Source: Tubulanus polymorphus (Eukaryota > Animalia > Nemertea). From it: DNA of 64,000 nucleotides. Made by a program: the position numbers and the translations under genes. The stretch is from the NCBI RefSeq assembly GCF_964204645.1, contig NC_134027.1, positions 21,352,560 to 21,416,559 of the forward strand, read 5' to 3'. The stretch's first letter is position 1. Each line of letters opens with the position of its first letter. Of the stretch, positions 1 to 11,889 are shown piece after piece. Below the pieces are notes generated by a model. It saw only the letters and a list, made by a program, of their open reading frames with translations, was not told the origin of the DNA and did no database searches.

Positions 1-80
1 ACGACATCTTGAGTTCTGAGACGACATCTTGAGTTCACGAGTTTTCAAGTTCAACCTCGTGAGTTCTCAAGTTCATGAGT
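1..80. repeat. Short 20-bp tandem repeat (ACGACATCTTGAGTTCTGAG), degenerating, cut by the window edge
   Basis: Unit seen at 1-20 and 21-40, followed by GAGTT/CAAGTT-rich degenerate copies. Confidence 0.55.
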
Positions 81-149
81 TTCTGCCCGTATGTTTAAAT
101 GGCAAAACGCCTGCGATATCGAGACATCGAACGTTAACACCCAAGTCTC

Positions 150-1935
150 AGGCAGGCCAACACTAGGGTACGTTTATTTACTAGGCCAACACTACGGTTA
201 CTGCGTTTATTCACCAGGCTAACGATAGGGTAACTACATTTACTCACTAGGCCAACACTAAGGTTACTGCGTTTATTCACCCGGCCAACACTAGGGTAAC
301 TACGTTTATTCACAAGGCCAACACCAGGGTTACTGCGTTTATTCACCAGGCCAACACTAGGGTTACTGCGTTTATTCACCAGGCCAACACTAAGGTTACT
401 GCGTTTATTCACCAGGCCAACACTAGGGTTACAGCGTTTATTAAACAGGCCAACAATAGGGTAAGTACGTTTACTCACTAGACTAACACAAGGGTTACTG
501 CATTTATTCACCAGGCCAACACTAGGGTAACTGCGTTTATTAAACAGGCCAACACTAGGGTTACTGCGTTTATTTAACAGGCCAACACTAGGGTAACTAC
601 GTTTATTAAACAGGTCAACATTGGTTTGACTACAATTACTCACTAGGCCAACACTAGGGTTACTGCGTTTATTCACCAGGCCAATACTAGGGTTACTGCG
701 TTTATTAAACAGGCCAGCACTGGGGTTACTGCGTTTATTAAACGGGTCAACATTAGTTTGACTACAATTACTCACTAGGCCAACACTAGGGTTACTGCGT
801 TTATTCACCAGGCCTATACTAGGGTTACTGCGTTTATTAAACAGGCCAACACTGGGGTTACTGCGTTTATTAAACGGGTCAACATTAGTTTGACAACAAT
901 TACTCACTAGGCCAACACTAGGGTTACTGCGTTTATTAACCACGCCAACACTAGGGTTACTGCGTTTATTCACCAGGACAACACTAAGGTTACTGTGTTT
1001 ATTAAACAGGCCAACACTAGGGTTACTGCGTTTATCTAACAGGCCAACACTAGGGTTACTGCGTTTATTAAACAGGTCAACATTAGTTTGACAACATTTA
1101 CTCACTAGGCCAACACTAGGGTTACTGCGTTTATTAAACAGGCCAAAACTAGGGTTACTGCGTTTATTTAACAGGCCAACACTAGGGTAAATACGTTTAT
1201 TAAACAGGTCAACATTAGTTTGACTACAATTACTCACTAGGCCAACACTAGGGTTACTGCGTTTATTAAACAGGCCAACACTAGGGTTACTGCGTTTATT
1301 TAACAGGCCAACACTAGGTTAAGTACGTTTATTAAACAGGTCAACATTAGTTTGACAACATTTACTTACTAGGCCAACTCTAGGGTTACTGCGTTTATTT
1401 GACAGGTCATCACTAGGGTAACTACGTTTATTCACCAGGCCAACACTAGGGTTACTGCGTTTATTCACCAGGCCAACACTAGGGTAACTGCGTTTATTCA
1501 CCAGGCCAACACTAGGGTAACTGCGTTTATATGGTAACTACGTTTACTCACTAGGCTTACACTAGGGTTACTGCATTTATTCACCAGGCCAACACTAGGT
1601 TAACTACGTTTATTAAACAGGCCAACATTAGTTTGACAACATTTACTCACTAGACCAACACTAGGGTTACTGCGTTTATTCACCAGGCCAACACTAGGGT
1701 AACTACAGTTATTTACCAGGCCAACACTAGGGTTACTGCGTTTATTAAACAGGCCAACACTAGGGTAACTGCTTTAATTTAACAGGCCAACACTAGGGTA
1801 ACTACGTTTATTCACCAGGCCAACACTAAGGTTACTGCGTTTATTAAACAGGCCAACACTAGGCTAATTACGTTCATTTAACAGGCAAACACTAGGAGTA
1901 ACTACGTTTATTAGACAGGCCAAGACTAGGGGTTA
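150..1935. repeat. 33-bp minisatellite/satellite array (GGCCAACACTAGGGTTACTGCGTTTATTCACCA), copy 1
   Basis: About 54 tandem units. Period 33 matches the 11-aa repeat (NKRSNPSVGLV) in ORF 134..1237. A variant unit GGTCAACATTAGTTTGAC recurs every few monomers. Confidence 0.95.
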
Positions 1936-2009
1936 GAAATATAATTGTGCGGACGGGGCAGTATACGAACAAGCGTATCAAGTTTCCACTAGACCATCGA
2001 GGCTCATGT

Positions 2010-2920
2010 GAGCCTTGCATTGGCCATGACACTGATGAACTGCATGACCCTGATGGACGTAGCCATCTGTGACGAGAGTGCTTTGTTGAATAATGCGTCG
2101 TTTTCAATAGACGTAGACTGGCAGGAAACTATCTGTCACGTGTCCATTATCATTACACATACATCATTTTCACTGTATATGCTTTATATTATTTTCAAAA
2201 AAATCTTCATTGACACCCATAGTACTTAAGTTATAAAACTACGCAATATATCGTGAGAGACGAATGAAATGTTATCAGTCCCACAATCCCAAGTTCGAAA
2301 GATTACTCTTCAAAATGGTTTATAGCATAAAACCGAAAATTCGAGGTTTTAATACATTTTTAAAGTTTTGATGTTTTAAAATCTTTCGAACTTGTGATTG
2401 TGGGTGGGACCTATAACCCATAGTACCAGTTATTACTGGTTAAGTTTATAGAAAAGGTAACCCCTGTCCACGATATCAAAGGCTTTTGCAAAGTCAACCA
2501 TTCAGACGTCGATTTTTTATAATAGAGGTCCGACAGAAAATTTGTTCTAAGCAGGAGCGATCTTCACGGAAACCATTTTGTCCATCGCATAACTTGTTAT
2601 TTTCATCAGTAAGGGAGGGAAGGCGATTATTTGAAGCTGAGCAGAATAGTTTACTGACGTTAGAATTAGGCTTATCCCACAGAATCTAGTTTATCCTTTC
2701 TTACGGATGGGACGTACAATACTTGCATTCCATGTACGAGGAATTTCGCCCGAATTCATGGTTTCGTTAAACATCATACAAAGACTTTATCTTAAAGATG
2801 GGTACTTTCATTTGGTATCTTATCAAACCCAGTTGCATTGCCACTCTTCAACTTACGAGTGGTATATATAAGTTACTTCTTCCTTCGTGATCGCACAGTT
2901 TAACCGCATGGTTTGAGTTC
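2010..2920 (-). repeat. Duplicated block (inverted copy at about 6890-7800) containing a LINE RT fragment and a small hairpin MITE
   Basis: Reverse complement of 6890-7800, e.g. GCCTTGCATTGGCCATG at 2012 and TTAACCGCATGGTTTGAG at about 2900. Confidence 0.85.
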
Positions 2921-3260
2921 CTGATTTATTAAAATTATTTACTCACTTGAAAAATGAGATTTATCGTGTTTTCACGATTTCATGGTTATTCAACTACCTC
3001 AACTCTCTACCGAAGAAATATAAAACAGTCGCAGTGATAACGGGTTGTCTGCCTTGCAGCATTATTAATATGCAAATCTTTGGAAATTATAAATAGAAAT
3101 AAAGAAATTGTTTATAGTCGGGATTTGGACCTGATATAACTGGTACAACGACATCAATGTAGCGGTAGGAACTTACAAATTACTTTAGATATGACAAAAT
3201 AAGACACTATGTACTATACAACATTCAATCCTCTGGATAAGTTCCACAGTATTTGCCAGC

Positions 3261-4292
3261 CTACGCTCGTTTTCCTAATCGGCCGCAGCTCAAAACCCAG
3301 ACAAGGGTTTTTCCAAAACCTCTCCGGATACATAAATATACGAATAAATTGATCATAGAATTTACGGCGTGTAAAAATTGACCCGAATGATACGGTCGAT
3401 ATTTCCTGCCCTCGTTCGCGGGTAAAACTGCCGGTAAAAATGTGTTCAGTAAAGCCATCACATATTCAACCATAAATATCACATTTAAAACCAGTATCGT
3501 AAGAGTAATCTGACGACCTTGTTTACTGTTTGTGGAACTTGCATCTTCGTCTATTTGTCGAAGTTTCTGGCGCAGACGAGCCGCTACGAGCACTAACATC
3601 GACATATGGACGTTACACGCCAAAACAAAGGCACCCGGGATAAACTTAAACACAACTTTACCGAATACAAAGTCGTAATACATCGCGTATTGTTTATTGA
3701 AAAGCAGTAACTTTTTTTGATCGATGTACATACACGGTTGATCGGGATTGACTACGTACGTCTCTTTATCCCAAATCGTTGGAATATCAAATATAAAAGT
3801 TGCAACCCAAATCGCAACAGATATGCGAAACGCATTTTGAATTGTACAAATTCGTCTGGCAGATAGCGGGTATCTTATGGCCACATAGCGATCAATACTT
3901 AATGCAAAAAGCAACCAAGGACTCGTTGTCGTGGTCATCTGGAATATGGCATCTATATAAAGATAAATATGGTGGAAGTACTGTTGATAAGTATGATTAA
4001 AGCGAATAGATTCAAACGGGAAGCGCTTGGAAAGCATCATCAACTCGCGTCCGAACAGCCCGGTTAAACAGTTGACGGTATCGGCTACAGCAAGTGTCTC
4101 CAAATATAAAATACTGCTTCCGTTATGTTGCATTAGACGAAGAACTATGAATGCCAGGCAGTTGGAGACGACACCAATGGAGTAAAGTAAGGTACGGGTC
4201 GATATCATTATGGCATCGTACGTGTAAGTACCCGAACCATCACAGAATTTGCCGCAGCAGATATCCGTTTGGTTTGTTACCAGACTGTACAT
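3261..4292 (-). CDS. Intronless rhodopsin-class (class A) GPCR, FMRFamide-receptor-like/putative chemoreceptor, copy 1 (intact; ORF is open upstream to 4370)
   Basis: Seven hydrophobic segments; TM2 LAVAD, TM3 SIDRYVAIRYPL, TM4 W...P, TM7 NSMINLFVY. Start MYSLVTNQ chosen because it is shared with the paralog at about 35059. Confidence 0.9.
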   Translation of the reverse strand: MYSLVTNQTDICCGKFCDGSGTYTYDAIMISTRTLLYSIGVVSNCLAFIVLRLMQHNGSSILYLETLAVADTVNCLTGLFGRELMMLSKRFPFESIRFNHTYQQYFHHIYLYIDAIFQMTTTTSPWLLFALSIDRYVAIRYPLSARRICTIQNAFRISVAIWVATFIFDIPTIWDKETYVVNPDQPCMYIDQKKLLLFNKQYAMYYDFVFGKVVFKFIPGAFVLACNVHMSMLVLVAARLRQKLRQIDEDASSTNSKQGRQITLTILVLNVIFMVEYVMALLNTFLPAVLPANEGRKYRPYHSGQFLHAVNSMINLFVYLCIRRGFGKTLVWVLSCGRLGKRA

Positions 4293-5779
4293 TCTTTCAT
4301 TCAGATGACATCCGAAGTAATATAACAGTGAAACTCGCAGTACAGTGACGCACTTGCAGTGTATAATCATTTTCCCTATACGTTAGGATCAACTTTGCCG
4401 CAAGTTTTCCATTCACCGCCATGATTGCTATTACGATAAACACAGTGTAAAGTTACCGGATATAATTCTAAGATATAGAGAGGTACCCCAGTGTAGTCCA
4501 GTAGTGCTCGGTTTTCCATCGAAAATATCACTGGGGCACGTCGCTCAAAAGATGATAGATAAGTTCTCAACCTGCGGCGGATTAGAACTTACCCGTCAGT
4601 TTGTCTACGCTGATCTTCTATATAATATATCGATCGATCAATTGTATCAACAAGAAAATTAACTTCAATAAATTATTTGACGCCTGCGAAAAAATGTAGA
4701 ATTTCTGGGATAAGCTAATGTGGAATTGCAAATTTGAAATCGAAGTTTTAAGAAATTTGGGGAATTATGAGATTTGGCGATTGGGTAGATGATACAGTCT
4801 TCGACTGGTCTAATTAAAAAAAAAATTGTCAACTTGTGACCGACTTCGATTCACTTTTGCCTCTAAGCTGGTCTGCAACTTCATTGCCTCCATGGTTGAA
4901 GAAAGAGCTCTTCTGATGTCTGCTTCATCATGACTTCAAGCATATCGTGTAGCCAGCCGGCCCGGTCCCGGGGCCCGGTTTGGCTGTCACTCGATATCCT
5001 AGACTTGAGTCTGGGTTGAAGTAGACATTGTCATTTAAATAACTTATTCATGTTATTCTGTATGAATTACCCGTGTGTCTTGTATTTTGTATTTTCTTAG
5101 TTTAAAATTTGTAACTTTATTGAATTTGGGAATTTTATCCCGGAATTTCAATGTAATAAGGGTCAATAAAATATTGAATTGAATTGTCACCTTATACACA
5201 TGCCATCAGTGGACGCGGAGCCGTATATGACAGCTATGCTATTATAAATTGCTAATCTCATGAAACCTGCATACCCCTAATATCGAACATATTTTCTAAA
5301 ACATTTGAATATTGAAATTATATGTTTACACGTTTTTATATAGACCGCTTGTAGCCGCCGATGAAATTCACGCCGGCCCTACTCAGATCGTAGTAGCTTC
5401 GTCATTCCACTAGCATCCCCATGACAGGGTCTGACTTTTATATCAGACTTCCAAATCGTGTATACATCCGCCATTTAACCGAATAATCCGATTTACTTAT
5501 CATTTCTATTTATGCCTGCCGCTCCTGATATAATCATACATCCTTTACTTTTACAATACGTCTTCTCATGATATTCAATGCAATATAACATTCCGACGTT
5601 CAAATAGAGGTCATTATATAATCACAGGGGGCCATTCTACATCTTTATCAATAATATCTTGCCAAATAGCTTGTATGTGTACACATAAACCCGTGACGTT
5701 TTGCACATCGATTTACGGTTGTCGTTTGTAAAATGACGCCGAATGGTTAGCATTGTTTAGGTTTCATAATGAATAATTC

Positions 5780-6700
5780 AATAACAGGCCAATACTAGGG
5801 TAACTACATTTACTCACTAGGCCAACACTAGGGTTACTGCGTTTATTCACCCAGGCCAACACTAGGGTAACTACGTTTATTCACAATGCCAACACTAGGG
5901 TTACTGCGTTTATTCACGAGACCAACACTAGGGTAACTATGTTTATTAAACAGGCTAACACTAGGGGTACAGCGTTTATTAAACAGGCCAACACTAGGGT
6001 TACTGCGTTTATTAAACAGGCCAACAATTTAGGGTAACTACGTTTACTCACTAGGCTTACACTAGGGTAACTGTGTTTATTAAACAGGCCAACACTAGGG
6101 TTACAGCGTTTATTCTCCAGGCCAACACTAGGGTAACTGCGTTCATTAAACAGGCCAACACTAGGGCTACAGCGTTTATATGGTAACTACGTTTACTCAC
6201 TAGGCTTACACTAGGGTTACTGCATTTATTCACCAGGCCAACACTTGGGGTAACTACGTTTATTAAACAGGTCAACATAAGTTTGACTACAATTACTCAC
6301 TAGGCCAACACTAGGGTTACTGCGTTTATTTAACAGGCCAACACTAGGTTAACTACGTTTATTTAACAGGCCGACTTTAGTTTGACAACATTTACTCACT
6401 AGGCCAACACTAGGGTTACTGCGTTTATTCACCAGGCCAACACTAGGGTAACTACAGTTATTTACCAGGCCAACACTAGGGTTACTGCGTTTATTAAACA
6501 GGCCAACTCCAGGGTTACTGCGTTTATTTGACAGGCCAACACTGGGGTAACTACGTTTATTCACCAGGCCAACACTAAGGTTACTGCGTTTATCAAACAG
6601 GCCAACACTAGGCTAACTAAGTTTATTTAACAGGCCAACACTAGGGGTAACTACGTTTATCAGACAGGCCAAGACTAGGGTTACTGCGTTTATTCACCAA
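5780..6700. repeat. 33-bp satellite array, copy 2 (same orientation as copy 1)
   Basis: Same monomer and same variant units as 150-1935; both arrays end in AGACAGGCCAAGACTAGGGTTA. Confidence 0.95.
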
Positions 6701-6889
6701 GAAGGGTTTGCTCAGAATGCACCTAAATGCATCTCATTTTCCAAAATTTTCAGACCCCCCTTCTGGTGCCTCGCACCTACAGCGCTCGCACATGACGGCG
6801 GCGCCGTCATTACAGGCGACAAATGCCAGCTTTCATTATGTACCCCCATGAGTTTTGGAATAATATCTTACAGAGGCCTACTTGGGAAA

Positions 6890-7380
6890 TGAAAACTCAA
6901 ACCATGCGGTTAAACTGTGCGATCACGGAGGAAGAAGTAACTTATACATGCCACTCGTAAATTGAAGAGTGGCAATGCAACTGGGTTTGATAAGATACCA
7001 AATGAAAGTACCCATCTTTAAGAGAAAGTCTTTTTATGATGTTTAACAAAATCATGAATTCGGGCAAAGTTCCTCGTACATGGAATGCAAGTATTGTACG
7101 TCCCATCCGTAAGAAAGGATAAACTTGATCCTGTGGGATAAGCCTAATTCTAACGTCAGTAAACTATTCTGCTCAGCTTCAAATAATCGCCTTCCCTCCC
7201 TTGCTGATGAAAATAACAAGTTATGCGATGAACAAAATGGTTTCCGTGAAGATCGCTCCTGCTTAGAAAAAATTTTCAGTCTGACCTCTATTATAAAAAA
7301 AATCGACGTCTGAATGGTTGACTTTGCAAAAGCCTTTGATATTGTGGACAGGGGTTACCTTTTCTATAAACTTAACTAGT
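6890..7380 (+). mobile_element. Degenerate non-LTR retrotransposon RT fragment (part of the inverted duplication)
   Basis: Translations SKLFCS..NNRL..LCDEQNGFREDRSC..IFSLTSII and VDFAKAFDIVDRGYLFYKL match RT domain motifs. Confidence 0.8.
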
Positions 7381-7404
7381 AATAACCGGTACTATGGGTT
7401 ATAA

Positions 7405-7532
7405 GTCCCACAATCACAAGTTCGAACGATTTTGAAACACAAAACTATAAACATTTATTAAAACCTCGAATTTTCGGTTTTATGCTAAAAACCATTTTCA
7501 AGAGTAATCTTTCGAACTTGGGATTGTGGGAC
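7405..7532. mobile_element. About 130-bp hairpin MITE (also at about 2278-2410)
   Basis: Inverted termini GTCCCACAATCACAAGTTCGAA ... TTCGAACTTGGGATTGTGGGAC, flanked by TTATAA on both sides. Confidence 0.6.
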
Positions 7533-9043
7533 TTATAACTTATTTCATTCGTCTCTCACGATATATTGCGTAATTTTATAACGTTAGTACTATGGGTGTC
7601 AATTAAGATTTTTTGAAAATAATATAAAGCATATACAGTGAAAAATGATGTTTGTGTAATGATAATGGACACGTGACAGATAGTTTCCTGCCAGTCTACG
7701 TCTATTGAAAACGACGCATTATTCAACAAAGCACTCTCGTCACAGATGGCTACGTCCAACAGGGTCATGCAGTTCATGTGCCATGGCCAATGCAAGGCTT
7801 CCAAAATTCCGTGTTTTTGGAGAAAAATCCGGTATTCCGTTATTCCGCGATATGATAACACCGCAGATTTGTGTTCTTATTTACGGTTCTGACTAGCGCC
7901 ATCAAACGAGAAGTTCCAGGATCCGCATCCGTCGATATTCCGTATTGAATTTTGTAATTTTGGAAATTGTTTCCATCGATACATCAGCTTTCATTGTCTC
8001 CCAAATGGTAGCCAATCTGTATAATCTTGGAGTAATCATTTGACTGGAGAGAGCTCGCCTATACAAATGATTACTCCAAGGTATAATGTTGGTAATTTCA
8101 GTTTTGGTAGCTGTTTTCGGTCTTTCTTGGATGTTTTTCTGCAGTTTTTCTCTCCATTCCTGGACTAGCCGCATCTCGTCTATTCGTGATTCGATTTCGG
8201 TGGTGTCGTCTTCAATGTTGACTTCTTGCATGAGTATTCAGACTCGCTTCATCAAATGTAGCGGCGTCCACTTGTCTTCGTTTTCGGAGCTGGTCCAGTG
8301 TTTCTATTCTTTTGGCATTTTGATTTTGATCTTATAGTTCGGTTTGCTAGTTACCTTATCATTATTTCTATTCTATTCTGGAAAATGTCCGTGCTCTATA
8401 GCATCATATTGATGGCTGAAAGAGTAACCATAACAGAAATCCATTCTGGGCCGTGGAATGGCATTATTGATCGATCCAAGAACGAGGTTAAGAAATTGTA
8501 ATTTGATCATGTTTTCCAATTTTGATATCATATATTTCTGAAAAAATGTTAGTGTATATAAAACAACATAAATATAGAATCAACAGTGTTTAATTAGCCA
8601 ATTTTAATAGTTTGTAATTATCAAAGATTTGTATGCACATAAATACCTCTATGTTATCCATTTGTAGTCACTTGCATTATACCTGATGAAGGGAAATGTT
8701 CCAAAAAACGTTCGTTATCAATTAACTTATTTATTCATTTGAAAATTAGATTCAACGTGTGTCTCACGCTTTTATGTTTTTCAACTATCTCTCAACTCCC
8801 AACCGGAAAAATATAAAACATAGTCGCAGAGCAGTGATAACGGATTTTCTGCATTGCAGCATCATTAGTGTGCAAACCTTTGGAAATTATGAATAGAAAT
8901 GAAGAAATTGTTTATTGTCGGGATTTGAACCTAATATTACTGGTACAAGGACAAATTACTTTAGATATGACAAAATAAGACACTATGTACATGTACTATA
9001 CAACATTTAATCCTCTGAACAAGTTCCCGAAATTTTTGCAAGC

Positions 9044-10300
9044 CTACGCTCGATTTCCTAACCGGCCGCAGCTCAAAAACTAGACAAGCATTTCTCCAAA
9101 ACCTCTTCGGATACATGAATATACGAATAAATTGATCACAGAATTTACGGCGTGTAAAAACTGGCCCGAATGATACGGTCGATATTTCCTGACCTCATTT
9201 GCGGGTAAAATTGCCGGCAAAAATGTGTTCAGCACAGCCATCAGATATTCAACCATTGAAATCAAATTTAAAAACCAGTATCGTAAAAGTAATTTGGCGA
9301 CCTTGTTTACTATTTGTAGACCTTGCATCTTCGTCTATTTGTAGAAGTTTTTGGCGCAGACGAGCCGCCTCCAGCACTAACGGTGAATCTTGGCTGACAC
9401 AAAGCATTACGAACGAAACATGGTTTTATCACTCAGTTGAACAGCGCTCAAAAGACCAATAAACACAACGATGGTTTAACTGGATCCATGCGTCTAATGA
9501 GGCACTTTTCTATCGACATTTTAAATCTAGTATTTCTTACGAATTGTATCTGAATTATCCGAAACAGATTAGATCCACTATTGCTCGGTTCAATCAGATG
9601 CTCTAGTCATGACCTGCGTGTGGAAACTGGGATGTGACTGCGCCCCCTATACCCCATCATCAACGTATATGTGAATTTCGTAATCTTAATGAGATAGAGG
9701 ACGAAGTCCATGTTATTTAATATTGCCCTCAGTACAGTGATGCACGTGCCATACACATCCCAAAGAAATATTATTATTAGTCCAAACACATATAAAGTTG
9801 CCAAATTTATGAGAAACCCTCTCAATAGTATCAATTTATCAAAGTTTTTGAAAAAAGTAAAAGATATTAAATCACTTCATTAATCTAGTTAATCAAATCA
9901 GATCATAATATGTAATCACTTTCACTGATTTTGCAGTTGTATGTATGTGTAAATGTCTTTACTAACTGTATCCGCTTATATTTATATTTGTATGTGTCGT
10001 ACGAGAATATTCTCTGACAATAAAGATATATTATTATTGTTATTATTATTATGATTACTAACATGAACATATGAACGTTACACGCTAAAACAAAGGCACC
10101 CGTGTTAAACTTAAGCACAACTTTACCGAATATAAAATCGTAATACATCGCGTATTGCTTATTGAGGAGCAGTAACTTTTTCTGATCGATATACATACAC
10201 GGGTGATCGGGCTTGACTTGACTCCTTACGTCTCTTTATCCCAAATCGTTGGTATATCAAAAATAAAAGTTGCAATCCAAGTCGCAACAGATATACGAAT
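9044..10300 (-). pseudogene. GPCR paralog 2: 5'-truncated, frameshifted and split by a LINE fragment
   Basis: 9080-9380 and 10055-10300 encode KYRPYHSGQFLHAVNS and YIDQKKLLLLNKQYAMYYDF..LACNVHM, matching copy 1; similarity stops at about 10300. Confidence 0.88.
9382..10054 (+). mobile_element. 3' fragment of an RTE-X-like LINE inserted in GPCR pseudogene 2
   Basis: Degenerate C-terminal motif (SHDLRVETG ... IC..C ... IEDEVH); AATAAA plus (ATT)n tail at about 10019-10054; ACTAAC repeated at both junctions. Confidence 0.7.
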
Positions 10301-10889
10301 AGTCTAATAATTGATTCTAAAATATATTATATTCAAGATAAGATTTTGGCGTTTTTCTTTTGGTAAACAGTTTCAAAATGAGAAATGTGTTCAAAATATA
10401 GTTAATTATACAAACACCTCAACTTTTATTATTGTAGTCTTCTGGCTGCTAATCATATTCTTAGCTGGAAATTCGGTCCTCTGAAAAATTGTTTATGACG
10501 ACCTACCCACTTTCAGGAGACCCGAAAGAACAAAAATTCCATACCTACTTACCCTTGTTGGTGATTGCCCCGCCCGAAAGACAGGATTTTTTTGTGGTGT
10601 GGCCTAGAGTACCCTAGAATATCTTAATAAATTCAAAAAGTATACATGGCTTTTTATGTAAACCATTTTCTCAATTTGCAATGTATACTATTCTATACAT
10701 GATTGAAATGATGTGTAGATCAGTACAGCATTGGTCAGAGAGAAACTTTTCAATATACCAAATTTGCACAATTGTTGCACATTATCCGAAGCTCACTCCT
10801 TAATTTGGTTTTCTGTGTGGCCCATAGGTCAGATCGAGATGGGATTGGAAACTGAGAGAAAAATAACCAAATTAACGTAATATATACGT

Positions 10890-10940
10890 TATCATTCCTG
10901 AAGATGACTCTAAGGTTTGGTCGAAACGTTGGATGAATAA
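10890..10940 (+). ncRNA. Penelope-type minimal hammerhead ribozyme motif (paralogous copies at about 50270-50320 and 61600-61645)
   Basis: CTGAAGA-TGAC..GTC-GAAAC-GTT with stem I ATCATTC/GGATGA; activity not shown. Confidence 0.5.
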
Positions 10941-11889
10941 ATTAATAGCTGAAGGTAGTTTTGCGAACTAAATCCTCCGTTATATTAAAGTGCAGTATTT
11001 TCTACATACCACAAAACCTATCTATATTCTGAAAATATATGTCTATACGTGCAATAGGGTTACTAGTATAGACGGGATTGAACTCATAAGTTTGTTTAAA
11101 CATATGACCCGCTATGTACGGCTCTCAAACGCTTTGTAAATATAAGCGATTCTGAATTAAAATACTACAGAATGAAATATATCAAATATCTGCGCTGTTT
11201 TAGCTGGAACATTGGGTGTTGGCAAAATATCGATTCGATTTCGTCTGGATTTTTGTTAACGGTTCCCCTATAGGCTTCACTCAACCAGCGGAACACGTGC
11301 CATTATACTGGACAGAAGCTCAAACGAAATCAACGAAATTCATACTATTTTGTGGTCAGACTATCCTACTCAAAAATAGCATACAAGATCTGCAATTCGG
11401 TTCCATTCGTGGGTTTGATTTGGATATGTATGAAGTTCCACTGTAGTGTGGATTTGATTTGATTCCCGAATCCACAGTTGTAGATAAACTTGAACAATAT
11501 GTATAAGTTCAACATTTGCTTCAGTTTCATAATAGATTGTGGATACGTTCTACCGCTGTGTCGTTTCATTTTGACGATGAATCCATTTTCAAAGTTGCAC
11601 ATGTTTAATTCAATTATTTATATCCACGGTTATAGGCTAAATGTTCTTCTCTCGAAAAGGTTGAATTCGTATGATATAATAATATTCAATTGATTACAAT
11701 TAACTAATTTCAAATTTTTCACTTAATTTGATCACTTAATTAAAACTTTGAATATTTGTTCTATCGAATATCATTTGCTTACTCCGAATGGAATTCAAAC
11801 ACTTCAAAAAATGGTGTTTGTGATAATAAAGAGCAGCTGGGTTTGCCACGTTTTGTCAGTCGAATCGAAAGCGTGGACAGAATTTCATC

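Noticed and set aside
134-1237. Neuropeptide precursor with KR cleavage sites
   Set aside because: No signal peptide, no Gly before KR, and the same repeat continues with stops and indels in the rest of the array and in copy 2; treated as a satellite
3800-4348. Plus-strand ORFs overlapping GPCR1 (likewise 45277-45489 and 49179-49451)
   Set aside because: Antisense shadows of real coding regions
7902-8300. Gypsy integrase C-terminal fragment or host exon
   Set aside because: Coiled-coil-like translation only, no diagnostic motif; cannot support a call
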